This document shows, piece by piece, positions 16,611-26,317 of a DNA stretch of 64,000 bases. The notes beneath the pieces were generated by a model. The model was not told the DNA's origin and made no database searches. It saw only the letters and a list, made by a program, of their open reading frames with translations. A program made the position numbers and the translations under genes. Within the stretch, counting starts at the first letter, position 1, and every line of letters begins with the position of its first letter. Origin of the DNA: a virus (Duplodnaviria; Caudoviricetes); IMG/VR virus record IMGVR_UViG_3300021364_000005; one strand, written 5' to 3'.

Positions 16611-19028
16611 ATGGCAAATGTAACAGTAAATAATCCAACAGCAGCAATTAAAGAATATGTTTCTCAAAATAAAGCTGAGTTGAATAATGCCGGTGCTACT
16701 CAAGAAGTACACAATACCGGTGTGGAAAGAATGCAAGATTTTTCCACACCTGGACCAGCAGGAGATACTGCAACAAGGCAAAATAACTCAACAAGTGTTT
16801 TTCCTAATGAACTAGAACAATTTGCAACAAGTAATCATATTTTTACACTTTCTGTTTTGACTTCAAGGCAGCTTTCTTATCCTGACAAAACATATCGTGC
16901 TGGGCAAACAGTGGCTCCGGTTTTGAGAAGTGGAGGTGGTCTTGGAGACCAAAAAGTTAAAACAGTTTACGAAGGTTCAAATAAACTAGAATACTTTATG
17001 GATGACGTAGAAATAGAATCTATAATCACACCTACAGGAAAGCAAAGAGCAACAAATGCTACTAATATAAAGTTTAAGATTATGGAACCTTATAGCATGG
17101 GTTTATTTTTGCAAACTTTACAAATTGCAGCCGCTGCTGAATACAAAAATTATTTAGAAACACCAATGCTGCTTACGGTAGAATTTGTAGGACAGAATGA
17201 TGATGGCGAATTTATAGGCGGAGTTGCAAAAAGATATTATCCGCTAAAACTAGTGTCTATGGATATGAATGTGACAGGTGGCGGCACGGTTTATGATGTT
17301 GAAGCTGTTCCTTACAATGAAACAGGACTAACAGACAATATTCAAACGATGGATACGGACATAGAACTAACAGGAACTACTTTAGCTGAATTATTAGATA
17401 CAGGTGAGCAAAGTTTATCCAAAGTTGTAAATGATAGATTTATTTCTCAAATTGATACAGGCCAAGCTGCTAGACCTGATGAATTTATAATTTTATTTCC
17501 AGACGATGTTGCAGGTACAAAAGGACAAGCAGGTGGAGCAGGTGATGGTAGTGTATCAGAAACACAATCTGCAATGTATGATTTAACAGCTCAGGATTTA
17601 CCTCCTAGAGTGACTGTAGACACAAGTCAATTACCTAGAGGAAACAGTGCATCAGATAGAGAAGCTATAAGAGCAAGCACTCAACAATTTATAGCAGCCC
17701 AGTCTAGCTTGACAGCAAAATTGCGTGAAAATTTGTCAGGTTCTCCTAACAAAATTGGTCAAGCTAAGATGATACAAAGCATAGACGATGCAGGTAACAA
17801 TCCGTTAAACAAAGCAGGACTTAGTTATAACGGAGAAAAACAAATTTTTGAAAATGATAAAATGTCAGTTAGTGCAGATTTAAGGACGTATTCATTTCCT
17901 CGAGGGAGCAAAGTCCAAGACATTATAGAAGAACTTGTAATTATTAGCGACTACGGTAGAAGATTTGCAGAACCTAAAGCAGATGAAAATGGTTTTGTAG
18001 ATTGGTTTAAAATAGAAACTGAAGTTTATCCTATAACAAATATACAAGAACAATCAAGAACAGGTAAAAATCCTAAAGTTTACATTTACAAAGTTGTTCC
18101 TTACAAAGCACATTTGGCAACAATATCTAATCCTACAGCAAGTCCTCCTAGTATATCCAGGCTTAGAGCAAATGCAGCAAAGCAATACGATTACATTTAC
18201 ACAGGACTTAATAATGACATACTAGATTTTGAAATAAACTTAAACAATCAATTTTTTGCTGCGGTTAGTGCAGATGGCGATGCGCTTTCTAAAGATAGTG
18301 TAAACAAAACATCGCAAGGTACTTCCGCTACTGGGCAAACACAGATGCAAAGTGGTACTAATAATGGAGGTTCGGGTGCCCAAGGTACTGTACAATTTGT
18401 TCCACAAAGCACTACTGGATCTGGCGGTGGTGGCGGTGCTGAAACTGTAGAATCTAGAGTGGCAAGGACTTTTAATGATGCTATTGTTAATAGTAATGTA
18501 GATTTACTTACACTAAACTTTACAATTATGGGAGATCCTTATTACCTAGCTGATAGCGGAATGGGCAATTATAATTCAAGAAAAGGTACATTAAATGTTA
18601 CCGCTGACGGGACAATGGATTATCAAAGAAGTGAAGTTGATATAATTGTAAATTTTAGAACACCGATTGATTATAATGACGAAGAAGGTGATATGATATT
18701 TCCGCAAGAAACAATTGAAATAGAAGAATTTAGCGGATTGTATAAAGTATTGCAGGTTACTAGTAACTGGAGTGGAGGAAAATTTACTCAAGAAATACAA
18801 TGTATTAGAAGACGTAACCAAGAGAAGACATACTTAGGAAATAGTGTGTTAAAACAAAATCAAAGTGATAAGAGCGAATTAGATGAATCAGGAAGAGCTT
18901 CCGGAAGTCATTCTTCGGTTAACTCACAAAAGAAAGAAGGCAATCCTAGTTTGAAAGAACAAATGGAACAGTACCATTCTAATAGACTAGAAGAAATTAA
19001 ACGTGGAAACGTAAGTAGAGGATTTTAA
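16611..19028 (+). CDS. Baseplate hub protein (gp27/gpD-like)
   Basis: C-terminal IMGDPY and SGLYKVLQVTSNWSGGKFTQ motifs; position before the gp5-like gene. Confidence 0.55.
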   Translation: MANVTVNNPTAAIKEYVSQNKAELNNAGATQEVHNTGVERMQDFSTPGPAGDTATRQNNSTSVFPNELEQFATSNHIFTLSVLTSRQLSYPDKTYRAGQTVAPVLRSGGGLGDQKVKTVYEGSNKLEYFMDDVEIESIITPTGKQRATNATNIKFKIMEPYSMGLFLQTLQIAAAAEYKNYLETPMLLTVEFVGQNDDGEFIGGVAKRYYPLKLVSMDMNVTGGGTVYDVEAVPYNETGLTDNIQTMDTDIELTGTTLAELLDTGEQSLSKVVNDRFISQIDTGQAARPDEFIILFPDDVAGTKGQAGGAGDGSVSETQSAMYDLTAQDLPPRVTVDTSQLPRGNSASDREAIRASTQQFIAAQSSLTAKLRENLSGSPNKIGQAKMIQSIDDAGNNPLNKAGLSYNGEKQIFENDKMSVSADLRTYSFPRGSKVQDIIEELVIISDYGRRFAEPKADENGFVDWFKIETEVYPITNIQEQSRTGKNPKVYIYKVVPYKAHLATISNPTASPPSISRLRANAAKQYDYIYTGLNNDILDFEINLNNQFFAAVSADGDALSKDSVNKTSQGTSATGQTQMQSGTNNGGSGAQGTVQFVPQSTTGSGGGGGAETVESRVARTFNDAIVNSNVDLLTLNFTIMGDPYYLADSGMGNYNSRKGTLNVTADGTMDYQRSEVDIIVNFRTPIDYNDEEGDMIFPQETIEIEEFSGLYKVLQVTSNWSGGKFTQEIQCIRRRNQEKTYLGNSVLKQNQSDKSELDESGRASGSHSSVNSQKKEGNPSLKEQMEQYHSNRLEEIKRGNVSRGF

Positions 19029-21584
19029 ATGAAGGATAGAAGAACTAATAAAGACAATAAGGAAATGTTCACTCAGAACAAAGATCCTGGTCCGTTCGAA
19101 GCAATTATTGTAAATCATTTAGATCCTTACTACGGAGGAGGTTTAGAAGTTGAACTGCTTAAAAGTTCTTCTAGCGGTAATTCACCTGAAAAAACAGGTC
19201 AGTTGGTTACTGTAAAATACCTAAGTCCTTTTTATGGTATAACACCCTTAGCAGCAAATGGGAAATACGATCAGTATAATGCAACACAAAAAAGTTACGG
19301 ATTTTGGGCTGTTCCTCCTGATATAGGAACTAGGGTACTAGTAATTTTTGCTGAAGGTAGATTGAACGCAGGATATTGGATAGGTTGTGTGCAAGATACA
19401 CATATGAATTTTATGGTACCTGATGGAAGAGCATCTACAAAATATAATAAAGATGGATCATCTCAACCTGTGGGAGAATTTAATAAACTGCTCGAAACTA
19501 GAGGAGATCATCCTACAGCTTACAATAAACCAATAAACGTAGATTACGCAAATAAATTGTTTGAGCAAGGCCTTGATAAAGATGAAACTAGAGGTTTAAC
19601 ATCAACAAGTGCTAGAAGGGAAGCTATTTCTAATGTTTACGGATGGAGTACACCAGGACCAAGAGATAAAAGGTCAGGTGCTCCTAAAGTAAAATACGGA
19701 GCAGCAGATACTAAAGCAACAGTTTTTGCAAATAGATTAGGCGGCAGCAGTTTTGTTATGGATGATGGTGACGAAACACAAATCAGAAAAGGCAAAGCAA
19801 AAGATACTCCGATGGAGTATGTGAATATTAGAGCCGGCGAAACAGGCGGAGATAGAACTTTGCCTGCAAACGAGCTTACTAGGATTAGAACACGTACTGG
19901 GCACCAAATACTTTTACATAATACAGAAGATTTAATTTATATTGCACACGGTAGTGGAGACAGTTGGATTGAAATGACTGCAAATGGAAAGATTGATATT
20001 TACAGCAAAGATAGTATAAGCATACGTAGTGCTAACGACTTAAACTTTACTGCTGATAGAGATATTAATTTTTTAGCAATGAGGGATATTAATACTGTTG
20101 TTGGCAGAAATCATTTAGAATCTGCAGGACAAGAAAGAGGAATCAAAACAGGAACACATACTGCAATTAACACAGGCACGAGTTATAGTGTAAATGCACA
20201 AACATTTATTTCTCAATACAGTGAAGAAAGCTCAACACACATTGCACAGGGCGAAATGGCCTTACAAAGTAATGCAAATATGTATGTTGGTACAACTAGT
20301 AATATGCACGTTGATGCCTGTGCAGGTTTGTATATAACTACAGACGGTGAAGGGCATATAAAAGCAGTAGGTAATTTAATTACAGAAACAGAAGCAAACT
20401 TAGATGTAAAATCTGGCGTGGATACAAAAATTACATCTGGGTCTGCTACTGATATAAAAGCAGGTACATCAGCTAGATTCCAAGCAGCTGGCGGAGGTAT
20501 GGATTTAAAAGCAAGTGCAAATATTACGCAAACTGGTTCAGAAATACATCTTAATGGACCAGCAGCAGCTGCCGCAGCTGAAGCAGGAGTTGCAACTGTA
20601 GCAGCAGGAGCTAATCCTATTGTTCCTGTACCTCCTTTGCAAGCTCAACAAGTTACTCGTCGTCCGTCACATGAACCTTGGTATCAGCATGAAAATATAA
20701 ATCCAAATGCATATACAGCAGACAAAACAGCAGCAGGGCAGGAGCCTGTAGAAAGCTATGCTCCTGAAAGACCTGATACATTTTTAAGATTGCAAAATAC
20801 TACAGGAACTAATCAACCTTTTGGTACTCCTAATAATGTTGCAGGACAACCTACAGCAAATGGAACAACCGCAGCATCGAATACGCCTGGCGGAGTTACT
20901 ACATCTAATACTTACGCTTCTAGCCCAATACCAACTGATCCTCCAGAAGTAATTGCTGATAAAAAAGTTAGAGCAAGAATTTTTGCAGATTCGTTAAGGA
21001 CTATAGCAGGGTTCAATGATGAATTTGTAAAAGCAGCTATTGCTTGTGCTAACAGCGAAAGTGGAATCGATGTTAAAGAAGAATCAAGTTATGCTAATAC
21101 AAGTAATGAAAGAATTAGAAGCATTTTTAGTGCAGCAAGGGGTATTAGCGATGCACAACTTACACAAGTAAAACAAGATAAGTTCCAGTTCTTTGAGTTA
21201 GTATACGGATATCAAAGTAGATTAGGTCCTGGAATGGGAAATACTGCTCCTGGCGATGGAGGAAACTACATAGGAAGAGGACTTATCCAGTTGACAGGTA
21301 AAGCAAATTATAGAAAATATGGTGATCTTGGCGGACATGATATTGTTTCAAATCCTGGATCACTTAATAGTGATTTCAAGGTAAGCTGCGATATTGCAGC
21401 AGCTTATTTAAAGGATAGGTATAGAGACAGAGGACGCGGTGTAGTAGGCAATATGAGAATGGCTATTGCAGGCACTGAAAGAGGCTATGACCTAGCAATT
21501 AATAAAGATAACCAATTCTTTGCAAGTATGGATGACACTTGGATTTATCAAGTAGATCCTAACACAGGAACAGCAATAGTTTAG
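19029..21584 (+). CDS. gp5: Baseplate central spike gp5-like protein with C-terminal GH19-type lysozyme domain
   Basis: OB-fold PPDIGTRVLVIF...YWIGC, RTRTGHQILL spike entry, beta-helix repeats, then YIGRGLIQLTGKANY. Confidence 0.75.
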   Translation: MKDRRTNKDNKEMFTQNKDPGPFEAIIVNHLDPYYGGGLEVELLKSSSSGNSPEKTGQLVTVKYLSPFYGITPLAANGKYDQYNATQKSYGFWAVPPDIGTRVLVIFAEGRLNAGYWIGCVQDTHMNFMVPDGRASTKYNKDGSSQPVGEFNKLLETRGDHPTAYNKPINVDYANKLFEQGLDKDETRGLTSTSARREAISNVYGWSTPGPRDKRSGAPKVKYGAADTKATVFANRLGGSSFVMDDGDETQIRKGKAKDTPMEYVNIRAGETGGDRTLPANELTRIRTRTGHQILLHNTEDLIYIAHGSGDSWIEMTANGKIDIYSKDSISIRSANDLNFTADRDINFLAMRDINTVVGRNHLESAGQERGIKTGTHTAINTGTSYSVNAQTFISQYSEESSTHIAQGEMALQSNANMYVGTTSNMHVDACAGLYITTDGEGHIKAVGNLITETEANLDVKSGVDTKITSGSATDIKAGTSARFQAAGGGMDLKASANITQTGSEIHLNGPAAAAAAEAGVATVAAGANPIVPVPPLQAQQVTRRPSHEPWYQHENINPNAYTADKTAAGQEPVESYAPERPDTFLRLQNTTGTNQPFGTPNNVAGQPTANGTTAASNTPGGVTTSNTYASSPIPTDPPEVIADKKVRARIFADSLRTIAGFNDEFVKAAIACANSESGIDVKEESSYANTSNERIRSIFSAARGISDAQLTQVKQDKFQFFELVYGYQSRLGPGMGNTAPGDGGNYIGRGLIQLTGKANYRKYGDLGGHDIVSNPGSLNSDFKVSCDIAAAYLKDRYRDRGRGVVGNMRMAIAGTERGYDLAINKDNQFFASMDDTWIYQVDPNTGTAIV

Positions 21585-21593
21585 GGGATAAAA

Positions 21594-22391
21594 ATGTGTA
21601 ATGTTGTGATACCAGCTAGTCCAGTAATAAGCCCAAATATACAAGTTTGGGGCGAAGATCTAGGCGACCAATTAGAAACACAGCGTTTTAATTATGACGA
21701 TCCATTTGTGCAAGACCTTGAAGGCGATTATCCTTACAACGGCAATGGTCAATTTTTAAGTTACAGCAATCAAAGTGCAGATGGCGGAGTTCCTACTAGC
21801 AGTAACTATGAAGACGTTCCTGCAGAAACAGGACCTGTTCCTGATAATCCTGGATATGAAAAATTTATTGCCATTCTTAATAATGTATTAGGACAGGATT
21901 GGAAAGAAAGGGGTCGACCAGGTAATCCAAATATTTTACAATGTTATAGAGTTTGTGGATTGGGATACGATCAAGACCAGTCTGCTATGAGTTATGCATG
22001 GTGTGCAGCATTTGTTAGTTGGGCTTTAGAAGAATCTGGCATTGGTGGTTTGAAAAGTATGAGTTCGCAAGCATATAAAAACTATGGTGCAGAAGTTGGC
22101 TGGAGAGACACTTCTAACATTAGACGAGGCGATGTTGCAGTTTTTAAATCAAAAACAAGAAGTGGAGGCCATGTTGGATTTGTTTGGGAAGTAGACAAAG
22201 CAAACAGGCGTTTTAAGATTCTTGGAGGTAACCAAGGCGATAACGCAAAAATTAGTAACTATAGATTTGAATCAAACAGTCAGTATACATTAACAATACG
22301 CAGGAATTGGGCAATACCTGCAGAATTAGATACCCCTATAGATGGTAGTACTATTCAAGCGTCAGCTGGTGCAGAAGATTCAACAGTTTAA
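21594..22391 (+). CDS. CHAP/NlpC-P60-like peptidoglycan hydrolase (TIGR02594-like)
   Basis: WCAAFVSWAL, GDVAVF, GHVGFV, LGGNQ. Confidence 0.75.
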   Translation: MCNVVIPASPVISPNIQVWGEDLGDQLETQRFNYDDPFVQDLEGDYPYNGNGQFLSYSNQSADGGVPTSSNYEDVPAETGPVPDNPGYEKFIAILNNVLGQDWKERGRPGNPNILQCYRVCGLGYDQDQSAMSYAWCAAFVSWALEESGIGGLKSMSSQAYKNYGAEVGWRDTSNIRRGDVAVFKSKTRSGGHVGFVWEVDKANRRFKILGGNQGDNAKISNYRFESNSQYTLTIRRNWAIPAELDTPIDGSTIQASAGAEDSTV

Positions 22392-22400
22392 GGAAATAAC

Positions 22401-22832
22401 ATGGCACAAGAATTATATAAAAAAATTACAATAAAAAAACCTAAAACTACAGAAAATAAATTTACTAGGGCATATAGGGGGTTTAGCACAGTCAATCCTG
22501 ACAATACGGATTACAACTTGTATGATATTGCAATTATAAAGCAAGACTTAATAAATCATTTTCATATTAGAAAAGGCGAGAACCTTTCTAATCCTAACTT
22601 TGGTACTATAATTTGGGATGTTCTTTTTGAACCAATGACAGCAGAACTTAAAAATGCTATTATAGATGATGTAAACAATATTATTGCTAATGATCCTAGA
22701 GTTGTTCCAGAAGAAATTAATGTAGATGAATATGAAAATGGGATACAGATAGAAGCAACTTTGACATATTTGCCTTACAATATAAGTGAATCTTTACAGT
22801 TCAGATTTGATCAAAGTGCAGGATTATTATAG
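22401..22832 (+). CDS. gp25: Baseplate wedge subunit gp25-like
   Basis: IRKGE...PNFGT..W..LFEP...NDPRV motif; 143 aa. Confidence 0.85.
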   Translation: MAQELYKKITIKKPKTTENKFTRAYRGFSTVNPDNTDYNLYDIAIIKQDLINHFHIRKGENLSNPNFGTIIWDVLFEPMTAELKNAIIDDVNNIIANDPRVVPEEINVDEYENGIQIEATLTYLPYNISESLQFRFDQSAGLL

Positions 22833-22851
22833 TAGCACTTAATCCTAAGCG

Positions 22852-22858
22852 ATAAATA
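22852..22858 (+). promoter_or_regulatory. Late promoter core ATAAATA
   Basis: GATAAATAC ~23 nt before the gp6-like ATG, which has an AGGA RBS. Confidence 0.55.
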
Positions 22859-22880
22859 CCATATAGCAAGAGGAACGACA

Positions 22881-25800
22881 ATGTCATCAACAGATAGACA
22901 AAATAGATTACTAGTAACAGAAGACTGGAAGCGTGTATATCAGTCATTTAGAAATGCTGATTTTAAGGCTTACGATTTTGATACTTTAAAAAGAACAATG
23001 ATAACTTACCTCAGAGAAAACTATCCTGAGGATTTTAATGATTACATAGAATCAAGCGAATACGTTGCATTGATTGATATGATTGCATTTTTGGGTCAAA
23101 ACTTGTCGTTCCGTATCGACTTAAATGCAAGAGAAAATTTTATAGAGCTTGCCGATCGCAGAGAAAGTGTTTTACGTCTTGCTAGATTACTTTCATATAA
23201 CGCAAGTAGAAATAAAGCGGCTGAAGGCCTACTTAAAGTGGAATCTATAAAAACTACAGAAGATATTATTGATTCTAACGGAAACAATATTAGTAGACAA
23301 ACTGTACTTTGGAATGATTCAACAAATAGTGACTGGTATGAGCAATTTGTTAGAATCTTAAATGCAGCACTACCTACAACAAATAAATTTGGTCGTCCTG
23401 TAAGTAAAGCTACAATTGACAATATTCCAACTCAAAAATATAGAGTTAACGGAGCAAGTAGTGACATTCCTGTATTTAGATTTCAAAAATCAATTAACGG
23501 AAAAAATTTACCATTTGAAGTAACAAGCTGCGAGTTGACAGATAGTGAAATTTTAGAAGAGCCACCGCTACCTGGAAACAATGTAGGATTTGTTTACAGA
23601 GATGATAATAGAGGGTTTGGTAGTAGCAATACAGGATTCTTTTTTAAATTTAAACAAGGCATTTTAGAAGATGGCGCATTTAATATTTCAGCTCCTGCAA
23701 CTAATCAAACTGTAAGCATAGATGCTGTAAATATAAACAATGAAGATGTTTGGTTATATGGGCTTAACTCTAGTGGAATTGAAACAACACTTTGGACAAA
23801 AGTAGATAGTGTTAAAGGAAATAATGTTTTATACAATAACTTAACAAGTTCGCAAAAAAACATATTTGGAGTTTTAACAAAATTAGAAGATAGAGTTGAT
23901 CTAATTTTTAGCGATGGTGTATTTGGTAACCTTCCACAAGGGTCCTTTAGAACATATTTTCGTGTAAGTGCTAACGAGGAATTAAACATAACTCCTGCAT
24001 CTATGCAAAAAATAAACATCGATGTAGATTATATTTCTGCAAATAACACTGAAGAAACTTTAAGTTTTGAACTTGCTTTAAAGTACAGTGTATTAAACGC
24101 AGCAGCATCCGAAACTAATGATAGTATAAAACAAAATGCACCAGCAGTGTATTACACACAAAATAGAATGGTGACAGGTGAAGATTATAATATTGTTCCG
24201 TTGACAGTTAGTCAAGAAATTGTAAAAACAAAAAGTATCAATAGAGTAAGCAGTGGAATTTCTCGCTATTTTGATTTAGTTGATGCAACAGGAAAGTATA
24301 GTAAAACTAACATTTACGGTAGTGATGGCATACTTTATAAAGAATATTTTACAGACAAGCAAGGGTTTACTTTTAGCACACGTAACGATATTGAGAATAT
24401 TTTGTTATCAACTGTAGAACCTATACTTGCAGGAAAATATATTAGAAACTTTTATTTTGATAAATTTTTACGCATAGATTTTAGTTTGTCTGAATACTTG
24501 TGGAAGCAAAAAGAAACAAAAACAAATCAATCAACAGGTAATTTTGCAGATGGTGCATTGCAAAATCTACCATTAAAGACTGGCTCGTTCACTTCAACAA
24601 ATTTGAAGTATTTGACTATAGGAACATTAGTAAAATTTGCTCCTAGAGCAGGCTATGTTTTTCAAACAGACGAAGATAATAAGCAAGTCATTAGAGGTAC
24701 CGAGCTTAAAGAAAACCAAGTAGAATATCTATGGACTAAAATTGTTAGTATTAAGAATCAAGGAGATGCAGAAGGTGATATATTATTAAATGATGTTATA
24801 CCAACTGATGCAGTTTTACAAGAATTAATACCAGCACTTACAACTACAATTCCAGATGATGTAAAAACACAAATGATAAACAGAATATTTGTTTACAAAA
24901 CATTTGGATTAAGGTATGATTATCTTACAGAAAGATGGAGAGTAGTTACTGAAAATAATGTTAATTTTGCTGACGACTTTGGATTAGGCAGAGCAGGCGA
25001 TAATTCTAATCAGAGCTTGGATGCAAGTTGGTTATTATTATTTGAAACTAACGGCGAAAGTTATACAATTAGTACTAGGTCAATGAGATATGTTTTTGAA
25101 TCAGATGCAGAAGTAAGATTCTATTTTGACAACAGAGATAAAATATTTGATCCTAAAACTGGACAAAGTTTGATTGATAATATCAACATTTTAAGCATTA
25201 ATAAAAAACTTGACGACACAAGCACATATAACTTTACAAAAGACTTTAGATGGGAAGTGAGCAACTCCTTTAGAGATAGCGAAGGTTACGTAAGCAGTAA
25301 AAAAGTTGAAGTTAGCTTTTTTGATTCAGATGATGATGGAGTTGTTGATGACCCGGATATATTCGAACAAATTGTTTTACCTAATATAAACAGCGATGAC
25401 AAATATGTATTCCTTGAGAAATACAATCCTAGTAGTGATGTAGATGATTACAAATATGTTGATTCAAGTAAGTTTTATATTGTGCCTAATTTATCTATAG
25501 GAACAAGTGCATATAATACAGGTGATATATTCTTTGCTCTTGATACTAAATCATTTTACGTTTTAAATGGTAATAATTTTGACATTACAAATGATTATCG
25601 AGCATACGTTGGCAGAGATAAAATTAAGTTTCATTACATTCATAATGCAGATGAATCTTATAGAATAGACCCTAGTAGTACAAATATTATAGATACGTAT
25701 TTGCTTACAAAAACTTATGATACAGAATATAGAAAATATCTTGCAGGAGATTTAACTTTACTACCGTTGCCTCTTAGCTCTGATCAATTATTTTTAAACT

Positions 25801-26315
25801 TTGGTCAAACAATCAATCAGCAGAAGTCAATCAGCGATGAAGTAATTTATCATTCAGTTAAGTACAAGCCGTTATTTGGAAGTAAGGCTGATACAGATTT
25901 GCAAGCAAAGTTTAAGGTTGTAAAAAATGATGACATTGTAATGACAGATAACCAAGTAAAAGCTGAAGTTATTACATACATAAATGAATTTTTTGCTTTA
26001 GAAAATTGGGACTTTGGAGATACATTTTATTTCCAAGAACTAGCAGCATATGTTATGAATAGGCTTACACCTAATATAAAACAAATTGTAATTGTACCTA
26101 CTTCTGCAAACCAAGTTTTTGGAAGTTTATTTGAAATAAAAGCAGAAGCAGATGAAATTTTTATTAGTGCAGCAGAAGTTGATGATGTAGAGATTATATC
26201 TGGGGTAACAGCTACTAGATTGAAGGCACAAGGTGATGTAATTACTGCTGATACAAATTCAGCAGTTGGCGTACAAAGCGGTGCAACTAACTTAACTATT
26301 GGAGGTTATGAATAA
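22881..26315 (+). CDS. gp6: Baseplate wedge protein gp6-like (extended)
   Basis: DFKAYDFDTLK, DYIESSE...LIDMIAF, RESVLRLAR, QNRMVTGEDY. Confidence 0.85.
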   Translation: MSSTDRQNRLLVTEDWKRVYQSFRNADFKAYDFDTLKRTMITYLRENYPEDFNDYIESSEYVALIDMIAFLGQNLSFRIDLNARENFIELADRRESVLRLARLLSYNASRNKAAEGLLKVESIKTTEDIIDSNGNNISRQTVLWNDSTNSDWYEQFVRILNAALPTTNKFGRPVSKATIDNIPTQKYRVNGASSDIPVFRFQKSINGKNLPFEVTSCELTDSEILEEPPLPGNNVGFVYRDDNRGFGSSNTGFFFKFKQGILEDGAFNISAPATNQTVSIDAVNINNEDVWLYGLNSSGIETTLWTKVDSVKGNNVLYNNLTSSQKNIFGVLTKLEDRVDLIFSDGVFGNLPQGSFRTYFRVSANEELNITPASMQKINIDVDYISANNTEETLSFELALKYSVLNAAASETNDSIKQNAPAVYYTQNRMVTGEDYNIVPLTVSQEIVKTKSINRVSSGISRYFDLVDATGKYSKTNIYGSDGILYKEYFTDKQGFTFSTRNDIENILLSTVEPILAGKYIRNFYFDKFLRIDFSLSEYLWKQKETKTNQSTGNFADGALQNLPLKTGSFTSTNLKYLTIGTLVKFAPRAGYVFQTDEDNKQVIRGTELKENQVEYLWTKIVSIKNQGDAEGDILLNDVIPTDAVLQELIPALTTTIPDDVKTQMINRIFVYKTFGLRYDYLTERWRVVTENNVNFADDFGLGRAGDNSNQSLDASWLLLFETNGESYTISTRSMRYVFESDAEVRFYFDNRDKIFDPKTGQSLIDNINILSINKKLDDTSTYNFTKDFRWEVSNSFRDSEGYVSSKKVEVSFFDSDDDGVVDDPDIFEQIVLPNINSDDKYVFLEKYNPSSDVDDYKYVDSSKFYIVPNLSIGTSAYNTGDIFFALDTKSFYVLNGNNFDITNDYRAYVGRDKIKFHYIHNADESYRIDPSSTNIIDTYLLTKTYDTEYRKYLAGDLTLLPLPLSSDQLFLNFGQTINQQKSISDEVIYHSVKYKPLFGSKADTDLQAKFKVVKNDDIVMTDNQVKAEVITYINEFFALENWDFGDTFYFQELAAYVMNRLTPNIKQIVIVPTSANQVFGSLFEIKAEADEIFISAAEVDDVEIISGVTATRLKAQGDVITADTNSAVGVQSGATNLTIGGYE

Positions 26316-26317
26316 GT

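Noticed and set aside
21582-21596. Stop-codon readthrough fusing gp5 and CHAP (TAG GGG ATA AAA ATG in frame)
   Set aside because: In-frame stop-start junctions are frequent here (3402/3403, 16610/16611, 19028/19029), and nothing else indicates readthrough.
22814-22845. Short alternative inverted repeats after gp25 (AAGTGC/GCACTT, GGATTA/TAATCC)
   Set aside because: Only 6-bp stems with long loops and no U-tract; plausible by chance.
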